From Marsupella aquatica (Eukaryota; Plantae; Marchantiophyta), in contig OZ316899.1 in NCBI GenBank assembly GCA_973895155.1, positions 13,395,934 through 13,459,933 of the forward strand: a stretch of DNA of 64,000 nucleotides, given 5' to 3'. The translations under genes were made by a program, and so were the position numbers. Positions 24,468-39,326 of the stretch are shown in pieces. The notes beneath the pieces were generated by a model. It ran no database searches and was not told the origin of the DNA. It saw nothing but the letters and a program-made list of their open reading frames with translations. How positions within the stretch are numbered: the stretch's first letter is position 1; each line of letters starts with the position of its first letter.

Positions 24468-25097
24468 TTACCATCTCGCTCCCATTGGGCAATTTGCCCC
24501 TTTGGCTTGGACACTGCATACACACACCAGTGCACCTTTTGCCTTTGGATCCTCTCTACATAGGCCCCTTTGATGAAGAAATGACAAAAATCCATTCACT
24601 GGTGAGTTGTAACCATCCACAACTTGGGATAGCTGCAAAGCCTCCTCAATTGGAAGGCCAACACAGAGACTCAGCTTATACCCGTTCCTATCTTTCTCTC
24701 CAAACACCTCGGCCAATTGTTCCTTGGAAATGTCTTTGATCTTATGAGGATTAATACCTTCATTTGGAAGACCAAATGTGGTGTGGAAATACTTTGCATC
24801 CTTAACGTAATCTTTAGGATCCCATGACTCTACAGGCACCTCCACCTTAGCCTTTCCTTTTAACACTTTGGTACTCTCAGATAGGGGAGCAGGAGAGTCA
24901 GTTGTAGCATGGTCCGTAGCTAGGGAAGCAGAAACTTTGGGTTTGCTAGTAGTTTGCGCTCTGTCGCTACAAGGGATAATAGGGTGTGGGACAACTATCT
25001 CCTTTTCTCCTAACTGAATGGTAGAAGTTGGAGGAGCTTCTGGCTGATTAGTTGATGCATCCATGACTGCATTCAAACAAAGCATAGAAGGTATCAC
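24468..25097 (-). CDS. Hypothetical protein fragment, probably a retrotransposon accessory ORF
   Basis: 209-aa ORF with a low-complexity N-terminus and a globular-looking FGLPNEG..GYKLSLC segment; no family recognised. Confidence 0.3.
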   Translation of the reverse strand: MIPSMLCLNAVMDASTNQPEAPPTSTIQLGEKEIVVPHPIIPCSDRAQTTSKPKVSASLATDHATTDSPAPLSESTKVLKGKAKVEVPVESWDPKDYVKDAKYFHTTFGLPNEGINPHKIKDISKEQLAEVFGEKDRNGYKLSLCVGLPIEEALQLSQVVDGYNSPVNGFLSFLHQRGLCREDPKAKGALVCVCSVQAKGANCPMGARW

Positions 25098-26356
25098 TGA
25101 GGAAAGCTAGTGTTCAATGGTGAAAACTTCAACTACCATCGGGCGCACGCACACCTACAGTAATTACCTCAGGGCTGTTGCAGATTGAAAATGGATGTTC
25201 AATCACCAATGACTTGCAGGTAAAGTTTCCTCCACTGGCTTCAGGCCAACCGCGCACCCTGCATCCAATTTAAACAAATGACAAGTCCCTTTAAAAGGTT
25301 TGATTACTGAGAAGACTTGTACTCAATCTGTGATTCATTGGTATAGTTGTTTGAAAACTACAAACAGGGCGCTATGACCTATCGGAAGTTAGCTAAGGAA
25401 CCAAAACAAAACTAGCCATTGTTTCAAGAGTTTCATGATTGCGCAAACCAAACCTAAGGCGATCGGTGGAAGCTTAAGACACCATCTGAAGAATAGATTT
25501 ATGATATAGCTGTTCAATTCAAACTTAATCCAGAATTTGCAAATGACGTTTAACATACCAAGCTATTGTACAGTTTGATTGTCAAAAAAGCTCCCCTCAA
25601 TTTGAACTTCCTTGACCTTGCCTGTGTTGCCAACAAAGCTCCTTTCAAACGCCTCTTCCACTGATTGCCGATGTCTAGCTTCAAGCTAATGCAAAGAAAG
25701 CTCCCAATGTCTAGCTTCAAGCTATTTTGCAATGAAAGCTCCCCTGTATTCTCAATGGTTTGAACGAGAGTCCTCTAAATCAATTGCAATCAATGTGAGT
25801 CAATGCGTCCATGGAGGTAGACCTCTTATCTTGCTAACCATTGTCGCTCTCCCTTCCTCACCCGACACTAAAATGTTCACTACTTTCTGATTTTGGCAAC
25901 TATGGTTTTCAAGCTCGGTTTTCACCATCAAAAAGTTCAAGAAATTGTGGAATGTTGATAAAACTTGCCGCATCCGCAAGTCCTTACCACTATTGTCATT
26001 GTCGCGGCTAGGATGGAAGGACTTGGAGTCCTTGTTTTCAAATAGTCCTTGACGGCGTGGGACAATAGGACATAATTATCATCCACTTTCCAAAGTCAAT
26101 TCATGCAGGCTACTTCCCCGAGGACATTTATTAAACACGTCTCGCATGTAAGTACTTTATGACTTAAATTAGAGTTAGGCTACTAAATCCAAATATGGAC
26201 CTTATAATGGAATCATTTCTTGATCATTTAATTCTAGCCTTTGATCTGTGAATTTTCAATCTTGGCCATTGAGGGATATGTTGCACATTTAATGCAACAT
26301 GGAACGGACTTGGGTCCTTTTTTAGGAGAAAAAAGGGGAAAAATGGTAGTCCTCAA

Positions 26357-27012
26357 TCATGCAATCCACCTTATGCCAACCTTAGCCAAAATCTGCATAA
26401 GAATGGATCTTTTGGTGTAACAAGTACTAAACAACCCATATTCATCCATCAATTTATCACCTAGATCACTGTGAATATCAGAATTGACGACAGCAGGAAG
26501 TTGCTCCACCAAATTTGGCAGCGCAAACACTGGACTCAGCCTCAGTTTGCCTATTATGTAATCAGGTTTGACCATTAACTCAGGCGCATCCTCCAATGTT
26601 TCTTTCAATCCAACTTTAGGTCCATTTCTCCAAATGGAATGAGTTGCATGACGGACTGTCTTCATATATCTTGTTCTGCCTATCTCAGATCTAGACTTTT
26701 GAGACAAGCATAATATTATGGGGCTTTCGGTTGACATCCTTGTGAAGACCAATTTATTCCTTGATAAACAAAATTGAGACACGGAACAAGTTGAAGCACC
26801 TGCCTCTTCAGCTTCAACATTTGTTGTCTCTCCAAGTGGAAGGTTGTCTTCATTTGCTTGCACAATATCAAGTGTGGGTCCGTGGCGGGTGTAGTGGCTG
26901 CATATTCTACCAAAAATGTGGACAATACCTGTGGTCTCTCGGGATGCAATTTTGAAACTTTAGGGTTGAGAGGATCTGTTGGAGGGTTGCTCTCGGGGCG
27001 ATCCGGCATCAC
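26357..27012 (-). pseudogene. Hypothetical, frameshifted ORF pair of unknown function
   Basis: Overlapping ORFs 26716-27012 and 26357-26863 with protein-like composition; no motif recognised. Confidence 0.25.
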
Positions 27013-29867
27013 TACGTCGAGTGGAGGTAGCCTTCACCACCGTAGGTAGTAATGCCTACCATTTCTGTTGCTCAAGCATCCCAATTTCTGCCACAATCCT
27101 CCTCTAATAGAGGACTTGAACCTCCATCATCATCCTGCAACTCACCATCCTCAAGGTCCAGCTGGGGTTGTCCATAGGCCCACAAAGATTACTAGATGAG
27201 CTCTCCTAGGACCATGTACTCCCATCCGCTCTTTCATAAGGGAGGGAATCACGTTGCACAAAACCCTTGCATATGCTTGGGTGAAATGGTGTTCTTTGCA
27301 AAGTGTCTCAATAGACAAAACAATCTCGGTATGCTAACAAGGCCACCTTCAAAACCTGTCCTGAAAAAAATTGAGGACAGTCTCCCCCTCACTGGAAAAA
27401 AATCAAATAATGTTATGAGGTAAACACTAACCCTAGTTAAGAGACTAAAGGTCAATTGCAAGATTGAGGGGGGCAAAAGGACGCAAAAAGGATTAGCTCA
27501 AAAAGGAGAGAAAAAGGACTCAAAGATCATAAAGATTTAGTTGAACACCACTTCCATAAAGGTTTGACACACTTCCAAGAAGATTGGGACTTCCTAAAAA
27601 CCTGGACACACTTCCAAAGACTTGACATGCAAGATCTCACCATCCAATCTCAACAAACTAATCCTCGCCATTTGGTGTAACACCTTGTCCACCCCTTGTA
27701 AATTGGGAAGGACTAGAATCCTTTTGGTGGAGAAATTGGATATCCTTTTTGCCCCCCTCAAGCTTGCAATTGACCTAAACATAACCTTAGTTACCTGAAC
27801 CAGAGACACTTAGAGGTAGTTACATAACTGTCAACACTCTATCTACTTAGATAGAGAATCATGTACCTCCTATTTGATTCTCATTCTATGAAGTGTGTGG
27901 TGATTGAAGTATTACTCTGATCTATGATATGATTTATCATATAATACGTTATCAGCACAAGCTTACTGAATTTTTTGGGGTGCTATGGCAGAGATTTTAA
28001 CTCTAGGTCTCAATTCCCCAATATGGTTTCTTGAAGGATGCACCCTTTCATGGAGATGTAAAAGTCCATTAGATTTTTTATCTACAAAGCAATTTGATTG
28101 AAGAGGATTTCTAATATTTAGAAATGACAAAATGTCAATGAGTCAAGGGCGGAATGTTGGTGACAAGCGTTTGTGAGCATAGACTATTCAACAACAATTT
28201 TGTCTTTCATGCATTTATACTCATGAAAAAAACAGTCAAGACAAGCAGAACAACTAATGAAATAGATGGCCCAACTTTGGAATCAATTGGAAATGAATTT
28301 GAGCAAAGTGGGGGATCAATTGTAGAATCCATCAATTGGAGGAAAGAGACCTTCATCCCCAAAGGCCAACAGAGAAGTCAAACTTCTCCTCACATACTTT
28401 CTATTTATTTCTACTCACAAACTAGCATGATCTAACTCCAGCAATTGACCATCCAACATCTATTATCTTCTCCCCTGCACCAAATAGTACACAAAACAAC
28501 AAGTCATACTCTATCAATCTTGAAGAATAGAGGATGAATCACTCAATTTCAAAGCATTTTGCATCGATGGGTCAAATTACCTCACGTGGTCATTGGACGT
28601 TGAGGCTCACCTAGCACCCAAAATCCTACACGATGCAATCCTTATAGATGTTGGAGAAAATCTACAAGGTAAGGCAAAAGCGTTAGTCTTAATTTTCCAC
28701 CATCTAGCATGACCATTGAAAACCCAATACTTGAACTAACTTAATCCTCGGGTCCTATGGGAAGAGCTAAAATTAAGATATGACCACATGAGAACAATAT
28801 CACTACCTATAGCATGCCATGACTGGATCAACTTGCAAGTTCAAGACCATATGACAATTGCAAATTATAATAATGAACTGTTCCAAATTGTATCACAATT
28901 GGCTGTCTGCAGCCACCCGGTTGGAGATGATGAACAGATAGAGAAAACTTTATCTCTAACTAACTCCAACTAACTTGATACTATCATCACAATACCGCAA
29001 TATGAATTTCACAAAGTACTCTAAATTGATAGTGCATATGCTCTTGGCCAAAAAAACACTAAATCTTATTGCAGGAGAACTCAAAGCTGAGACCCCCTGG
29101 GACTGCACCACCACCACAACCGATTGAAATAAACTTTAACAGCTTTGATGATAAAAGGCAAGGAAACTATAAAGGACGTGGAAACAGGGGGCATAGAGAG
29201 CATTCATCTTATAGAGGATGTCCCCAAAACATGGTTGGAAGGGGTATAGCAGTGGAGACAGGAAACAGTTTTCCTGTTACTAGGTAATTTCTCCTGGTAG
29301 CAAGAAATTGTTATTGTAAAGGTGTACTCTTTGGCAAAGTTTTTCAAAAATTCACGTAAGGAACAACCACATACTGAAGCTGAAAATATTCCTACTGGCA
29401 TAAGACACGACGTCAGATATAAGTGAAAGGTGTGCTCACAGTTGCTCGGAGAGGTTCCAATCCCTTGTCACTTGCTCAGATTATAGATTAAAAAGGGTTG
29501 TCATTCAATTCACTGTTATTTAGATACAACATCATATCTAAACAGTCCACTTTAGAATACTTCATTTAGTTCTTATACTTCATTAGTGTGTTTTTTAAAA
29601 AGCCAAACCATAAAACCCATGGAGGAATGGAGTATGCTCAGGCGGGACCCACCACAAAGCCAATTATAGTCTGAATTAAGTCATCGGAAACATAGGGTTC
29701 TGTCAGGCAAAGAGAGAAACTAGCGCCAGGCGCTAACAAAGGATAAAGTACGCAGAATATAGCAACGATAATCAAAGCTTACGGGACCATCCAATGACAC
29801 TAACCAAATAAAATCAAATTTTTATAAATAAGTTATTGACCAGCGCCCGACGCTAACCAAAACCACA

Positions 29868-32800
29868 TTAAAAACTAGAGTAATATCTGTTGACTAAAGA
29901 CAAAACAACATAGTATCCGTTATGGAATACGACAATTAAGGAAAAATCGCGTCCCTCTAAGTATAAACCATTTGCATTCTGCCTCTCCAACACAAGTCTG
30001 ACTTCCCCAACTGCCAAAATGGGCTGGCTACACAGGGTAGACTCCTCTACATGAAACTTGAAGACATTTATGAACACCCAATACAAATGTTTACAAGGCA
30101 TATACGGCTTGCCGCGGGAATGACGACGGAAGAAATCCTCACAGGAACAAGTAGGGAAGGTGCACATCTGGACAAAGTAAGTGTTTAGGGATCGAAGGTT
30201 CTCATGAGTCCGTATTCTGAATTGTTTTCCAAAAGCAATTCCACTAATCACATCCCACTCTCCATCCAGAGTCATAGCTTCTTTTCAAGCCGACTCCATT
30301 CGTTTACTGTGACCCACAGTTAGATTAGAGCGAGGTCTGGAGTTCCTCCCATTCCTGCTACAAAGGCGCACGTTGGGCTCCGCAAAATTGATTTTCTCTG
30401 GAAATGCGTTTACATTGATTCTCAAGTCGAATGCAACAGGTGCAGTTTGAGTTCGAGAGGTCGCAACTGTTTGGACCATAGAGACTCCCTGCGCTTGAAG
30501 GTACTCTATCTCGCTAGGCAAGAGGTTTGTTCCTTTCACAACTGGCAGGATGTCCGGTACATGAGGAAGGCGTTCAACACCATGACGCGGGCGGCTCTTG
30601 TAGCATGTGCTGTTTGGGCAGAACCATATCATTTTGGCAATGGGTGTTCCTCTAAAAATGTGATGTCCGCTAACAACAATGCCGACAACACCAGCAGCAG
30701 AATGGAACCCTACTTTCTTGACACGATTTCGACACTCATCTCTGTCAGAATTTCCATACAAGGTCCCATTACACTGTGGCCCTACCCCATATTTGGCCGT
30801 CCGTCTCAAATGCCAGCTCCCTCTAGGAACGTCCATTTCCAAAGGAGTTGATTCTGTCGGCAAATGTTGAAGCACAACAGGGGCACTGCGTGGTGGTTGA
30901 GATGATGTTGTTTCCCTCGTGGCTTCAGGGGTGTTCGCAAGGGAATCACTTTCACTTGTTGAAGTGTCACTCTTGCAGAGGTCTACTACAGGATCTACTA
31001 CATTGGTGGGAATGGAAGTGAACTCAATGTTGTTGAGATTCTTCCGTTTGAATCCTCGAGTATTTGGGGTAGTGATGAGAATGGTGTCATGCCAATGGGA
31101 GTCTTGTGGCGAGACAATCCTAGTTGCAAGTCCCTTCCTCTTAACCAATTTGGTGATGATATCTCCATTCAGAGGAGAATTCCTACCCAGATCAAAATCA
31201 GCAGAGTTGGAAAGAATCATGTTAGTGGCTTCTTCAAATAACTTGGGTGAACCTGCTTGGTCTGCCGAACGGAATGCTAATTCCCAGATAGTTGGCCCCT
31301 TCCCTCTATTGAGTCCTTTCCGATATGCACTATAACCCGCAACTTGAGATATAGCTCGATTTTGATCAACTTTGCATGCTTCGAAGAGACCACCATTTTT
31401 TGGTTGCCCATGCTTTCATTGAAGCGTGCCTTGACTCAGAATCTGTACAGTTTGGAATGAGGCCACCTTCTTCTGCGCTTTTGCTCTACAATGAAGTCAA
31501 TCCAGACCAACTTTAGTCAATTTGTTTAAGCAGCGCCAGGCGCTAGCAATGTATATGATATGTTAATATAATTTGGTATTATCAAGTGTTCCTAAGCCAT
31601 CAATGTGGCAAAGTTATCTGTACAGTTTAAAGCAGTGCCAGGCGCTAGCAATGTGTGTGACGCCGATGACATGATCCTTATTCTATAATCCGATTAACTA
31701 GGCTGTTGTATGCAAGGAGTAGCTATTGATACCGCATAACAATTAGCAAGCTGGCAAGAATAAGGCCAATCATGGCGTTAAGAGTAGGGATAAAGGTATT
31801 TCAGCTTGAAGACTGCACAACCAAGGCCGACATAGTTGAGGTAGTCACTGTCAAGGCCACAAAGGAGAAATTAGGGAAGAGAGGATTCAGCTCTTCAAGC
31901 ATACCATCTTCTTGACAAGCAAGATGGAGCATGGAGGCTCTTCAAGACGCCGGTACGGAGGTAGGCGTGGTAATTCAAGGAAGCGAGTCTCCATAGTTGA
32001 ATATGAAGTCGTGGGGTATGGTGATTGTGCTCAGGATGAAATCTAAATATCTTGGGTGTGAAGCTTCATTTTGTTATTTGGGTTAGTGGTTCATAGTCTA
32101 GTCTTAGAATGTTAGGGAAATAAAAGCTATGTTGTGGGTGGTCGGCGACCATATTTCTTTCAATACGTCACCAAATCCGGATCTGTAAAGAGTATTGGAA
32201 AGATCTGGTCAAGGCGAGTAAAATCAATATAAAACACTCAGGAAACGGAGGTGTATTAAGAAAGATACGACCTGATTAGTGTGATGGGTTAACTTGTGGC
32301 CGGAATGAACGGATTCGGCTTCGGTTTCGGGTTACCTTAAGCTAAGGCCACGGCTTAGCTTATGTGAGCTCGGATTCAGCTTAGCTCAGGTCAGCACGGC
32401 TTGAGCTTATCGCATGTCAGCACGGCTTGAGCTTATCGCATGTCAGCACGGCTTCAGCTTAGCTCAGGTCAAGCATAGCTTCAGCTTAGCTCAGGTTAAC
32501 ACGGCTTCAACTTAGGCTTAACCCAAACCCGGGTTAGATTGAGCCCGGGTTAGACAGAACTTCGGTTAGCCTAAGCTCGGGTTCGGGCTCAGCTTAGCCT
32601 AGGTTAGCGGATAGCGGGTAGCGGCCTAACCCAAGACCACGGGTTAGCTCTAGTCGTGTTAGATAGGATCGCTAGGTTAGCCAAACTCGGATTAGCTATG
32701 TAACTCGGGTTAACATAGTGGTGAGTACCCCCTCTCGATTACGGGGGCATAACTTTCTGTGTATTTGACCAAATTGGCTATAATTGACCTCATTGGAAAG

Positions 32801-35800
32801 GGGAGCTCAAGCCGCTTTCAATGCTGCTATCCACGCAGCAAATGGTTAAATAGAGAAATCGGGAGAGGAGGCGCAAGCTCGCAAAAACCATGGAGGAGGG
32901 CCAAATCCGAAGTACATAGCCAATTCAATATAGAAATAAAGTTGCGAGTTAGGGTTCAGTAGTTAGAGATAGTGGCGGCTCTGTTAGGGCTGGGATGGGG
33001 CTCTAGCAACGTAGTATCCACCCATTTGGGCTCAGTAGGAGAGTATATAGAGCAACCCCCCGGTAGAGGGGGAACTTCAGTTGTGTGATCTCACGTGGAT
33101 TGAGCAGCACGGAGGAGCTCTGTGCAAGGAAGGTTGGGCTTGGAAGCTGTGTGTTGGGGAGAGCTTGGTTGTGCTATTACTCAAGGAGTAATCAGCCACG
33201 CTTCACAACAACAGTTGGCCAGGTTTGCAAGCTGGATTGTGGCTCTTTCTAGTAGGGCAACACAACTGGGTTCTTTTCCCCCGATACAGAGCCTTGGTGA
33301 TAGGTGATGTGTTGGTGATTGTAAACTGTGGGGAGGATTTCAATTCAATTTGCGGTGAGCACATTAGGAAGGCTGAGACACTGATTGAGGGGCAGCAGGA
33401 GGAACATTTACAGTTCAGTCTAGCAAGGCTACGTGATCCATGGGGAGTCCCGGCCTTTGTCTGGTAGAGAGCACTAAGGGATTTATGGGCAGGGCTGAGC
33501 TTGCAGGGCAAGCATGAGGCCGGGCCTCATTATAGTCTGGGGTAGATCGCAGTTAGGCCTGGTACCAACTTTGAAGTTGAGTCAACTGTGCATGCGTAAC
33601 TTGACATTCTGAAATGGAGGTGTGAGATCTGTACGTGTCCCCAAGAATGAAGTGCAGTGAAGGAGGTTGAGTTCAGGATTGAGCTTGCATGGCAAGCACG
33701 AGGCTTGTAGGGCAAGCACGTTGCAATCTGGAGGAGACAGCCTTCGGGCCTATTGTTCGGATCAAGTGTTCTCAGTGAACTGTTGTGCACATCTTTGAAT
33801 CTAATTGAGTTTTCCTCTCAGGCCTCATTTCTCTCATGGATGTGTGTGTGTGTGAGGCAATCTGAGTGTATGATGGGACTAGCAGCGCCACTGACAGCTG
33901 TACCGGGTGCATTGAAGTGGGTTGGGTGAGGGCTGTCACAGCTCTGATTGCTGAGAGTGGAATGGCAGAGTGGTGGGGCAATGGCTTAGAAGTCCCTAAG
34001 CCGAGAATCAGTCAGGAGTCACTGGTTTATGGGTACATTCCGGTGGCGGAATAGAAATATACCTATGATCGTAAGCATACGTATAGACATATGCGCACCA
34101 TAGCGCTAGGCCCTGTGTGTACGGGCCCGATATGAAGACCCCTTCTCACCAGAACTATCATGAGCATATGATCTGATTCTCAACCTTGGTTCTTAGGGAT
34201 TGAGCTTGGGTGATGTGTGACGGAGTCTTGCTATGATAGTCTGGTGTTAAGGGCATAAATTGGTGTTTACCGGCCTTCACAACATCCCTTCGTGATCCTC
34301 AGGTACAAGGAGATGGTTTTGGCACCCATAGTGACGTTTTTGGTGTTAAGATCCATGTCAATCGCGTGACAATGTGTATGATATAATAATATAATGTTGG
34401 TAACTGTACAGTTTAAAGCAACGCCAGATGCTAGTATAAACACACTGAGAAGTGACTATTGTACACATTGATAAAACTTACCACGCGAATGAAATTCCCC
34501 CACTGACGCCATCAAACGACCCACCATGATATCCAACTCTGCAACATCATCAGTTTTCCTGGTACACAGTTGCCTACTTGCCACCACAACACAATCTCCC
34601 TAGAAACTGGGTACGCCGCAACAAACAATGGAGCATTTTGCAATTTCTCCCAGAGTCTTTGATGTTCAGGTTGCCTACCCTCCAGTACTCCCTCAGTGGA
34701 ATGTCGATGGAAAGACTGGTAAAAGTGGAATGCATCGGAGCGTTCACGTTCAGGGTTTGGGTGACCTCCAAAAAAGACATTACGAATGGCGATCCATCCA
34801 GCCTGAGCGTTGTCGGCCATAAAACCTTGAATGACAACCTCATGTAACCCATTTTCCTTACAAACCTCAATCATAATTCTCCATGCCTTCTCAAAGGACT
34901 CTGTGTCTTCAGCTTTTAGTTCGCATGTGAATATTGTACAAAGAGCTCAAAAGTTGTGATCGTAAACGTGTGCACTGAAAGTAAACCAGGCGGTTGTCAC
35001 TCGCTTCATGACATCAAAATCACCCAAGCCCCTTCTAGTCTTCCGCCCGGTTGCATCTGCCGTAGAAGATCTACACCAGATCCATGACCCTTGACTGACA
35101 TTTTGAATATGTGGGGCCGATCTGCTAAACAACCCTGACCCGACAGAAGATACCTTTGGAGGAAAGAAATATTATTTGACCTTTGCATTTGAGCTAGGAA
35201 ATCTAACTCACCACGACCAGCCTGGTCCATCCGAACGCTACGACAAAGCGATGCAAATTTCTGCGGAGTAGATAGAACCATGAGAGACTTCCAAATTTGT
35301 GTTTCTTCAATATCTACAATGTTGTCAACGTTCTCGCGAAGAGCTTTCACAAGCAAACCAATCGCGGAATTCAAATCCCAACCGGTTTTGCAAGAGGATT
35401 GGCTTCATGATTTCTTTTTATTAAATCCTCAGCCATCTTTTCAGCGCTCCTCGAGAAAACGTTTCTACTCGGATGGTTATGTTCACCTATATGAACCGCA
35501 AGCCGAGACATGTGACTACAGGTTTCTGTATCAAGTAGGACCTATGGATACATATAGAACAAGCAAGCAGGGCAAGAGTCCACACAAAAAGGAATCTGTT
35601 CACAGTAGTGACATACTATACCACCCTCTTCAATGAACGAACCCACCACATGCTGGCCACTAAGCTTAGGGGTACCAGCCCAGGATTTTGCATTGCATCT
35701 CTTCTTTCGCTGAAAGTACTCACAGGACTTGTTCCTGCACTCGATGAACCCAATACAAGTGACCTTACCAAACTCCCAGTGTTTCTTTGGTTGCACGTTT

Positions 35801-36505
35801 GCGGTTGTCGGAAAAATCCTGGTCCAAATGTAACAATCTTTGGCACGGTCCATGTCACGAAGTCTAGATCCCTTGGACTGCATTCCCTCAATGGGAGGCA
35901 ACTCAAATACAACATTTCCGTTACATTGTACTGTTTGGCAAACAAGGAACTTGCTCGTGTCGGAAGTCCCCTGCCAAGATAAATCTTGACAGTTCACTAT
36001 GTCCCGTGGCCTTGAGTAAGGCGTCCATTGCACTCCGCCGGTAAACCTTATGGACACCTCCGGAGGTGGCCACCGGTTCACTCTTAAGGCAACTAGAGTC
36101 TGGAACTTTGTACTTTGCAGGAGGATTGGGTGCAACATCCTCATCTTCACTCTCAGATATTTCAACAACCTGGGTCGGAATGTTCTCAACAACCCATTGA
36201 AGAGGAGTAAGTCTGACATGAAGCGTGTAACGAAGTCCGACATTCATGTGCCAAAAACGTATTCCCTCATCCACATCAAATGCCGCAGCACGTTCAAGTC
36301 CTCCACTCGTTGACTCCTAAGGAACAATCGACTCAATGTCATTGATTCTCAAATTGAATCTCCCGCACAGGTAGGTTTTGCTTACTTGCTTGTAAGTATC
36401 AGAAACTTGCACGGGAACCTTGACGACGTCCCCGGTACAAGCACGTGTAATAACAATTGAGCGCAACATTGTAGATGAATGAAGTGAAAGCCAAAGGAAA
36501 TTCAT
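29868..36505 (-). pseudogene. MULE-type DDE transposase with GCM-like N-terminal Cys motif and C-terminal SWIM zinc finger; intron ~31486-34481; disrupted
   Basis: CIGFIECRNKSC..CHYC (35542-36243). First-D region FDVMKRV..HVYD (~34960-35015). Second D and FH motif in FMADNAQAGWIAIRNVF..DAFHFYQS (34512-34874). Catalytic-E region CTDSESRHASMK (~31415-31450). SWIM CSCEDF..PCKHLYWV (29868-30275). Confidence 0.8.
31656..34371. mobile_element. Solo LTR (~2.72 kb) in the MULE transposase intron
   Basis: TGTGACGCC...GTGACA termini, 5-bp TSD ATGTG (31651-31655 and 34372-34376), homologous to 19495-22236. Confidence 0.92.
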
Positions 36506-39326
36506 GCACTAAGCCAATCCCGACCGTATGGGTTGCTTATACCAACCCTTCAAAGACCACCGGCCGTTAAAAGAGTCGTTTCAATACGACAGAGAACACG
36601 CACAACTTTGCGTCCGTTGAAATCATAAATGAAACATTTGTCCTTTTTTCCCAGCAAGTGCAGGTGTCAGGAATATTTATTACATGAATACGACTAGATA
36701 ATAGCCTATACAAGTGCGTCCATTTCATTAGCGTCGGGCGCTACCTAAAAAGCATTTGAATAACAATGACTTAATTTGAAAAGTCTTGTGACTAGCGCTT
36801 GGCACTAGCATAATCATACACGCAATATTCATGAATTTGTTTTGCAAAATATTCCATCACAAGCATTTTTAAGTTCAAATACAGTAAATTGGTACTAGCA
36901 CCTGACGCTAGTATTGATACAATATACTTAATACCTTAATATCAAGTAAAGTTTAGTTACTACGGTTGAAACAAGTACATTTGGAAGTTTGTTAACAATA
37001 TCTGGTACTAAAATAGAACGTTAATCAAACTATTCACATGGCTAGCGCCCGGCGCTAGCATTTGTTCACCAATAAGTTTTTGAATTTAGTGGTCACTTCT
37101 TCGTTAGCGCCCGGCGTTGGCATTGCATGTATGTCTGAAAGGTGTTGAGACAATGGTAACATTTAATGGTAACTATTGTTTAGCGTGATGATCACGCCAA
37201 CATTTTAGCGTAATTCACATTAATACTTATTGCAATTTCTAAATTGTCGCTTTCTGTCACGGATAAGTAATATTGAATCTTGTCATTCACAATGAGTAAC
37301 GTCTCTCCAACCGATTACAAAGAGGGAAATAGCGCTCATTGATCGGATGTAATACGGACGCAACTGTTAATATGGTACGGAGAACTGGTAATCGGTCGTG
37401 AGAATTCCGTTCGTACACCTTTCATCGTAAAGACGATGGATGTAGTCCCCTCCTTGTCGAGGGGGTATAGTGTGGTTGGGGATTGGGATCGTGGGTATTG
37501 TGAGTCTTCTGAGTCTTCATTCTCTGGTTCAGTGTATACACGTTGAGTAACAAGGTCCACCGCATCGCTTGTTTCAATCTCTGGTATTTTGTTTTCCAAG
37601 CCAGCAAGAAAGAAGATGGAGAATCTTGACACATTTGCAATTCAAGATGTTTCGTTTTTGGAGACCGATCTTATTTCAAAACACGTCATGTCTTTTGGGA
37701 AAGATTTCAGAGGTTTTGACAAAGAGCCTCCACGAATTCTACTATGTTGGTTGGTGCATATGGAGGTTGTCCAAACTCTACAGAAAGATAGCTCTTCCAT
37801 CGACAAGTTGAAAGACTCTTTCCGTAACATGGGATACAATTCTTTGATTGGAATGAGGTTTTATGTTCAGCCTACCGATGCTGAGGGAGTGCTTCTCACC
37901 TGTACTCAGGAAATTTGTGATAGTTGGGATCCAATATGGACATCTGAGAATGAGAAATTCGAGGAAGAATGTGCTGCCGATCCAAATTTTCTGGTTTTGA
38001 AGGATAGAATGTTCTTCGTTTTTTACGGGAACCATAGGCTTTACTCATGGACACTTGTCACTCAGGAGAATCCCCAAAACCCAAAGTACCACCTGCGAGT
38101 GCTTTGTACTATTTTCAATGGGGACAAGGGTTTGCTAATAGAAATCGAAGCGGCTATGCACACCGTTAACCAATAAGATTCTCTTTTGTGCATAACTTTG
38201 TGAGTCATTGTGAATTGTTAATTCTTTCTAGCAGAACTTTCTGAGGCCATGTTTTACAAGCGCCCAACACTACTTATATGTTCTTCTCATTTCATTCTTT
38301 TATTTCAGGCTTGGACAAGCCGTTGTGGAACCCTCCTGGATCCTAGATGCCAATCAAATTAAGCGGATCTTGATGCACGACCTGGAGTACTATAGTAAGC
38401 TCATCGACCCTGCAAATTACAAGAAGTTTGAGCAGATCAGGATGAAGACGCAGAAAGGATCCTGGTACACAAAGAAGATGCCTCAGGAGGCTCTTGTGTA
38501 CATTCTATGTCAGGATAAGATTAAGTCGTATTCGAACCAGTTCAAGATTGACATGGAGTCCGTTGCGGCCCTCGGTACCCCTTGGTTGGTCGAGGAGGTT
38601 TCCAAAAGGCATGCCGTTATGATGAAGGAAGCAACCAAGGAATGGGCAGTGAAAACCTCAAAAATCACTCCTTTGTTGAGTCCAAAGTTTGAAGACTTTT
38701 TGTCTACGTGCGCAGAAATGTATGCTATCACGGAGAGGAATAAGCGGGAGAAGAAGCCAGATACCGTGTTGTGTACCATGGACCGAGCCAGGCTTTTTAC
38801 AGTTGTTTTGGCTCTTGATCCCAAGCTACGAAGTACTTTGCTTGTAGCACATTGCAATCAGGAGCTTTGGAGACAATCCTTCCATCCGAATAGCGTCAAC
38901 GATGATCCAGTAAAACAGTGGTGTCACACCTGGATTACATGGAATAATGTAGAAGTTTTTTAATACAATGTGGCCCTCAAAGTATCCTGACAAAGAGGAT
39001 TACTCTTTGAAGAACCAGAAGCAAGCAAAAAGGTACCTCTACCGTTTTTACATCCACATGGAAGCTACAAAACTTGATTACTTTTGGGCGTATCCCGCCG
39101 CCTTCCTCAAGTGGACTGTAATACCGGAGAGTGATTCTTTAGCTGAATTGTATTCTATGTATCTTGCCAAGGGAATTTTCCCAGCAAGACCTTTGAGTGA
39201 ATGGGAGAGAACCCATTGTCCATGGTACCTAGATACAGATAGATGGGACTCGCCTTTTGATCATAGAGAAAAGGATGCTTTCCATAAGCTGTCTAAGTCC
39301 CAGATCCCAGTCAACGTTGTTTTTGA

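Noticed and set aside
25585-25745. Repeated AAAGCTCC motifs
   Set aside because: A short local repeat in decayed sequence with no associated boundary or gene; nothing further can be supported.
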